Below, piece after piece: positions 58,737-64,000 of a DNA stretch of 64,000 bases (positions are counted from its first letter, which is position 1; every line of letters begins with the position of its first letter). The DNA is from Diplonema japonicum. Its lineage: Eukaryota; Protista; Euglenozoa: Diplonemea. The notes beneath the pieces are model-generated. The model was given only the letters and a program-made list of their open reading frames with translations. It was not told the origin of the DNA and ran no database searches. A program made the translations under genes and the position numbers. Location: NCBI GenBank assembly GCA_964019335.1, contig OZ025661.1, positions 434,001-498,000 of the forward strand. Reading direction: 5' to 3'.

Positions 58737-59252
58737 TTTTTTTTCTCCTTCTTCTTCCTCTAAAAGACTTTTTTTTTTTTGTGCCCCTTCTTTTTTTCCC
58801 CCCCTAAGTCTCCCTCCCCGAGACCCGCACCTTTTTTTTAATTTTTTTATGGTTGATTATTATTGGGTACGTCGAAAAAAATAAAGGGGGGGGAAAAAAC
58901 AAAAAGGTGTGGGAGCAGGGGGGGGGGGGGGGGGACAATAATGGCCAGTCCCTTTTTTTCCCCCCCACGTAAGTATGTGTTGGAACGAAAAGGGGGTGAA
59001 AAAAAACATACCCCCCCCCCTTCCCCCTCTTTCCACATTTTTGTCAGTGACCCCCTACCCCTAATGGCAAAGCCTTCTCCCGGTAAGTTAACACTGCTTT
59101 ACCTTTTCAGCTTTATGTTTGCATTTTTTTTCTTTTTTTTTTCTCGCGCTCATGGCCTAGTGTCGTCTCCAACTACCTCAGCAAGGGATAAAAAAGAGAG
59201 AGAAAAAATCAAGATAGAGAAGTGCTCGCAACGACTCACCAAACAAAAAAAA

Positions 59253-59289
59253 GATGTCTTTGAAGGAACCTGCAGTGACAGGATCGCCT
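59253..59289. repeat. Hairpin element, subtype B with shortened loop, inside an A-run
   Basis: gatgtctttgaaggaacctgcagtgacaggatcgcct. Confidence 0.8.
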
Positions 59290-59388
59290 AAAAAACAAAA
59301 AACGAAAGAAAAAACACGTGTACGTGGGAGGAGGGATGTCGCATGGTTTGCTCAACATGACCTTCCTTCTAACTTCAACTTTCGTTGC

Positions 59389-60369
59389 TTACAACTTCGA
59401 CCTTGACGAAGGGACCACAGGGGGGAGGCTGTTCTCAAGGAAAGGTAGCATCACAGACGCCACCTGCTCGGGGTCGTCGGAGTGCACATGGTGGCGGGTG
59501 CCTTCACGAAGTGTCACAATTTTAAGGTTGTTGATGGCACCCCTCCGCGCCTCCATGCTCTCCTCCACAACCTGCCTCGCCTTACGAGGCCACTTGGTGT
59601 TGTCGAAATTGTTCGCCGCCAGGATAAGCAGCACAGGGCACTTCACAGCACGCATGAGGTCTTCGTTCTGCTGGATGGAAAGATGCGCCTTTTGTTTCTG
59701 ACCGTAGGTACGTACATCGTGTGTGAAGGTCCACTTACCGTTAGAGAGTTGCTTGGCGTGTCTTTTGGCGATGTTGGTGGAGGTGGCCTTCGATTTGGGG
59801 AAGATAGGGTTCTTGTAATTGTGCATCACCAGCGCTTCGAAGGAGTCGAACACTTTAGGCTCCTTGGCAGAGTTCCTCATGTCTTGTTCCCTTGACAGCT
59901 TCAGGGTGTCTGCTGGGGATGTGAACACGTTGTGGTACCACACCCCGCTGAGGGACAGCATCTTCGACTCGCACACGACAGCAGTGCTGAACAACTCGGG
60001 GAAGGCTGCTGCGCAGGCGAGGGCAATACCACCACCCCGCGAGTGCCCCACAATGGTGCAAGGCTTGCTATCCCACCCAATCGCATGCAAAATGTCCGGC
60101 ACCATTGCCACCTCTTCAAAATCGTTGTAAGTACTGTACGCAGGGAGGTGCTGCGTCAGCCCGCATCCAGGGGGGTCAACTGCAATGACGTCATACCCCC
60201 CCCGTGCGAGGATCGGCCCCAGGTTGTCGAATGACCCTGCGTTGTCCAACCACCCGGGGTAGCAGAACATACGCCTGCACTCCGAGTCCGTGCTGAGCGT
60301 CCATCTCTTCATGGCAACACGGAACCCAGAGCGGATTGTCACCGCAAAGTCCATCTCTTCAACACTCAT
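59389..60369 (-). CDS. Alpha/beta hydrolase (SERHL-like) with C-terminal PTS1 (SKL)
   Basis: GWLDNAGSF, DPPGCG, GHSRG nucleophile, HHVH; ends SRSKL. Confidence 0.88.
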   Translation of the reverse strand: MSVEEMDFAVTIRSGFRVAMKRWTLSTDSECRRMFCYPGWLDNAGSFDNLGPILARGGYDVIAVDPPGCGLTQHLPAYSTYNDFEEVAMVPDILHAIGWDSKPCTIVGHSRGGGIALACAAAFPELFSTAVVCESKMLSLSGVWYHNVFTSPADTLKLSREQDMRNSAKEPKVFDSFEALVMHNYKNPIFPKSKATSTNIAKRHAKQLSNGKWTFTHDVRTYGQKQKAHLSIQQNEDLMRAVKCPVLLILAANNFDNTKWPRKARQVVEESMEARRGAINNLKIVTLREGTRHHVHSDDPEQVASVMLPFLENSLPPVVPSSRSKL

Positions 60370-60442
60370 TTTTGCCTGAATGTGAATGAAAAAAAAAAAG
60401 AAAAAAAAAAAAAAAGGAACACAATTTGAAAACAATATACAT

Positions 60443-61273
60443 CTACATAAAAGGCCGTCTGCGTCGGAGCGAAGCGGGGTAGACATGGGGAAGGCTGTCC
60501 TCCCGTCGAATGGAGTTGTGCTGGCAGGTGAAGTGGTACAACGGCACACTCCAGCGGAGGTGGTTGGGGTGAACAAACGAATCGACGATACGGCTGAGAA
60601 TGGTGTACGTGATGTTGGTGATCTTCACGGCATCCAGCGACTTCGGGTGCTTGCCTAAAGTGAGGTTCGTGGTTGCCGTGAGCACAGGTGGCGTAGGCAG
60701 TGTGAATGCAAACTGATGAGTATCCATGTGTGTGCCCCACTTCAACCTTAAAGGCAGGTCAATGCGTACATCCGACACACTTAGCTCAACCGGTATCACC
60801 ACATGGCCTACACCATTCACACCTATCGGGTAGTCTGCAGAGCATATGAAGCCTAGATCCCCTTCTCCATCTTCTCCTCCGTATGTCATTTTTGAGTTGA
60901 AAATGACGCTGCCGTCGTCGCAGCCTGTGACTGTAATGTCGCCCAAGGATGGTATCTCCCCTCCTAGTTGGAATTCTTTGATTGTGAATTTCCCACCTTT
61001 TGGGAACATTTTCTGGACTTTGCCCTCCAGGAGTGCGGCCAAACGTGTGTCGCCTAGCTGGTCCAGGTAAACATGTTTTAGTTGCTCCACCACAGGCATC
61101 AGCCATTCGCATGTTTCTGCTTCGTTGGATTGTTCGATTCTGCCGTGAACCGGGTTTAGTCTGAACACCGGTGCCTCTCTTGAGCTTTTCAACAGAAATA
61201 TCCTCACCACCGCCACCATCACCGTACCACTGGCTAAAAAGAAAACAGCCACCATCAGTAATGCTTGCCACAT
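60443..61273 (-). CDS. SMP/TULIP lipid-transfer domain protein (Mmm1-like)
   Basis: N-terminal TM helix; motifs ETCEWL, IKEFQLGGEIPSL, IPVELSV, FVHPN. Confidence 0.7.
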   Translation of the reverse strand: MWQALLMVAVFFLASGTVMVAVVRIFLLKSSREAPVFRLNPVHGRIEQSNEAETCEWLMPVVEQLKHVYLDQLGDTRLAALLEGKVQKMFPKGGKFTIKEFQLGGEIPSLGDITVTGCDDGSVIFNSKMTYGGEDGEGDLGFICSADYPIGVNGVGHVVIPVELSVSDVRIDLPLRLKWGTHMDTHQFAFTLPTPPVLTATTNLTLGKHPKSLDAVKITNITYTILSRIVDSFVHPNHLRWSVPLYHFTCQHNSIRREDSLPHVYPASLRRRRPFM

Positions 61274-62049
61274 TTTTTTTTTTTTTTTTTTTTGCTACTC
61301 TTCCCCTCCCCCTCCCCCCTCCCTTGAGTGGTTTTTTTTTTTTTAAGTTGTTTTTTTTTTTTGAAACAAAAAAGGTTGTGGTAAAACTAAACAAGTGAAA
61401 AATAAAATAAAAAGAGTAACGGGGGGGGTTGAAAAAAAAGAGAAAAAAATGAGGAAGAAAAAAAAAAAGGAACGAGTGAAAAGAAGAAGAAAAAAAAAGT
61501 ATTTTGAGTAAAATCTAAGTGGACAGGGAGGGAAGAGACGGGAGACCTAAAAAGAAGAAAGGGAGCGTCGGACGGCCCCCAAAAAAAAAAACTGGGTGGG
61601 GTGTGAAAAAGAAATGAAAAAAGTAAATGAAGGGAGTAAAGGGCTTGGGGGAGGTGTGGGTGCGTGTGAAAGGAAAAAGAGGTACTATTGATAAAAGAAA
61701 CACTAACAAAAATCAAAAATAGAGGGCAAGGGGGTAAGAAAATAAAATAAAATAAAAAGCTTTGGGCGCACAGGGCGGGGGTAATTAAGAAATCTTCGTT
61801 GCAGTCCAGTGATCATAATTTCCCTCATTTTCTCAGCGGAAGAAAAAAAAAAGGAACGGTTTGTGTTTAACAGTAATACTTCTTAGCAGAAAAAAAAGGG
61901 GGGGGGGGCGTAAAGTAAAAAATCCATTTTTTTTCTTGATCTTTTTTTTTTTCAAGCAAATTATTTCTTTCATTATTTTGAAAATCTAAACAAAAAAAAA
62001 AAAAAAAAAAAAGAAGCAGTTTCAGTTCCAGTAAAAAATTGTCCTACAC

Positions 62050-62124
62050 CTATTCCTTGGCCCCTCGGCCACCAGCCTTCATAACTTCATCGATGAGGAG
62101 AAGCTGAGTCGCAATCACGGCACT

Positions 62125-62165
<41 letters not shown>

Positions 62166-63807
62166 CCATCATACGTAGCTTCCAGCTGCTGTCTCTTCAC
62201 CCTGAAGTTGTCAACAACACCAGCGGCAACAGGGTCAGTCACGCAACCCGACTCCAGGTCCAGGCCAAAGCGGCTCTCGGTACCATAGCCCTCCCTCTGG
62301 TTCCTGAGGAGAGTGTGCCTAAGAGCGGGGGCAGCACCGCCCTCAGCTGCGCTCTCCGCCAGCACCTTGGGCACACCCATGAGGGCGTCACCGAAGGCCT
62401 TCACACAGGGGGTGAGCTCGTTCTTCACCTCCTCCTTGTCAGCGAAGTGGTCCAGGTGCACCTTGCACGCCGACTCGAAGTCCCCAGCACCCGCCACCAC
62501 ACACCCGTCCTCGATCGCGTTCCTCACTGCCCTCAGCCCATCCCTCACAGCTTCCTTGATCTGAGCGATGGTGTGGTCGTTGGGTCCTGTGCAGTGTCAC
62601 CCCATGCCCATGCCCTTTCATACCCTTCAGCAGGATGGTCCCCGAAAGGGGAGTCTTCGGCTTCTCGATGAACGTGTACTTCTCGTCACCTGTTGTTCTG
62701 TACTGTTAACAAGTAAAGCATACCCAGCACGTGTTCGTGCACCAACTCGGCCCACCCCAAGTGCGACTCGTTCAGATCGTCGAAGTGGTTGACGGCCTCC
62801 CCACCGCAGCACAGGGCGATCCTCTCCATGTTCCTCCTCTTGGCCCTGCGGAGCCCCAGAATGCCGTTCCTCGCCAGGATGTCCAGGGACATGGGGTCAA
62901 TTCCCTTCTGGTTGATCACGACAAGATTTTTGCCGGAGCCCTCAGGGCACAGCTTGTTCTTCAGCTCGACGATGGCGTGGCAGCGGGAGTCGACGGTCTT
63001 GCGCTCGGCGTTGGCCATGGCCTCCTTCTGGTCCGCTGTTTTGTAGTAGAATCCGGAGTTGAGTTCAGACTTCTCGTACTCGAGGGACACGTTGCAGGTG
63101 AGGATGTAGCAGTTCTCGACGTACCTGGGCATCTCGGGGTGCCTGCCACCGTGGTCGAGCACGAGGCCGGGGATGAACTTGGTCTCGGAACCGAGCTTGT
63201 GCTTCATGTGCATGATCTCGACCATGTGGAGGTCGATCTGCTCCTCGGGCCTGCGGATGGTGAGCACGGCATCAACGATGTTGACTGCGAGCTTCTCGAC
63301 GAGCTCCGGCTGGATCTTGGTGGAGAGGGACGACCTGGCGATGGTGTCAAGCATCTCCCTCTCGTTCTCGGGGGTGATGGGGATCTTTCTGGATTCGAGG
63401 AACTTGATGGCCTCGTTGGCGGCAAGGTCGAACCCCTCAGCAATGGTACGGGGGTGGATGCCCTCGGCGACAAGTTCATCCGCATGCGTCAGCGCCTCGC
63501 CGATCATGATCACGGTGCTGGTGGTGCCGTCGCCTGTCTCGTCGTCCATGGCCGTGGACGCCCTTGCAATGAGAGCGGCTGTCGGGTGCTGTATCTGCAT
63601 CTCACCAAGCAGCACGCTTCCGTCCTTCGTCATCTTGATCTGCCCCGCACCCCCCACCAACATCTTCATGGTGCCCATCGGGCCCAGGTTCGTCCTCAAA
63701 ACATTCATCAGACCTTTCGCCCCGCTGATGCTGAAGTGCATGGCGGCCCTGCCCTGGACGGAGGCCCCGTTCGGGTTTAAATATTGCATTGCTGTTGTTG
63801 ATGCCAT
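62050..63807 (-). CDS. CCT6: T-complex protein 1 subunit zeta, 3 introns
   Basis: TNLGPMGTMKMLV, TKDG, GDGTTS, LVLDHGGRHP, NVSLEYEKSE, RRAKRRNMER; spliced LGDEKYTFI..KGPNDHTIAQIK..LLLIDEVMKAG. Confidence 0.96.
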
Positions 63808-64000
63808 TTTTTTTCTTTTTTTTCTTTTCCCTCTTAAATTCCTCGATTTTCTGGGGGGAGGGGGGCGGTTAAGAAAGAAAAATTCAGAATGATAGGAAAG
63901 GGAGCAAACGATTTTCAAAATAAAAAAGATAAAGAAAGACTAACAAGGCCTCGTGCTGCACACGTACATTACAATGAAAGGGATGGAATAAAAAAGAGGG

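Overview
Eukaryotic nuclear DNA, most likely from a diplonemid-like euglenozoan. This is an inference from a BILBO1-type N-terminal domain, 26 recognisable genes all on the minus strand as in a polycistronic cluster, trans-splice-like T-tract+AG spacers and many tiny GT-AG introns. Genes include a longin+mu-homology (TSET TCUP/muniscin-like) protein, an SR/RRM protein, Ku80, a trefoil-GH15 glucoamylase, HUS1, proline dehydrogenase, tandem ubiquitin-L40, a BILBO1-like EF-hand repeat protein, a RanBP2-ZnF/BRCT protein, a kinesin, a WDR6-like protein, two STE11/MAP3K kinases (one fused to a membrane-anchored cyclase-like domain), a Schlafen/AlbA_2-like protein, a signal-peptide ubiquitin-like protein, UNC-50, an alpha/beta hydrolase, an SMP-domain protein and CCT-zeta. 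Intergenic DNA is dominated by homopolymer runs, so most short ORFs in the track are spurious. The main unexplained structures are: (1) a five-copy 37-68 bp hairpin element embedded in A/T tracts, which reads as a cassette bounded by splice-like signals on the transcribed strand; (2) a composite MITE-like unit with TA ends carrying the only plus-strand coding fragment, a zinc finger; (3) roughly 30-80 nt cis-introns whose acceptors are mostly A/C-rich or pure poly(A), unlike the U-tract intergenic acceptors. Gene models were spliced by eye and no database searches were run.
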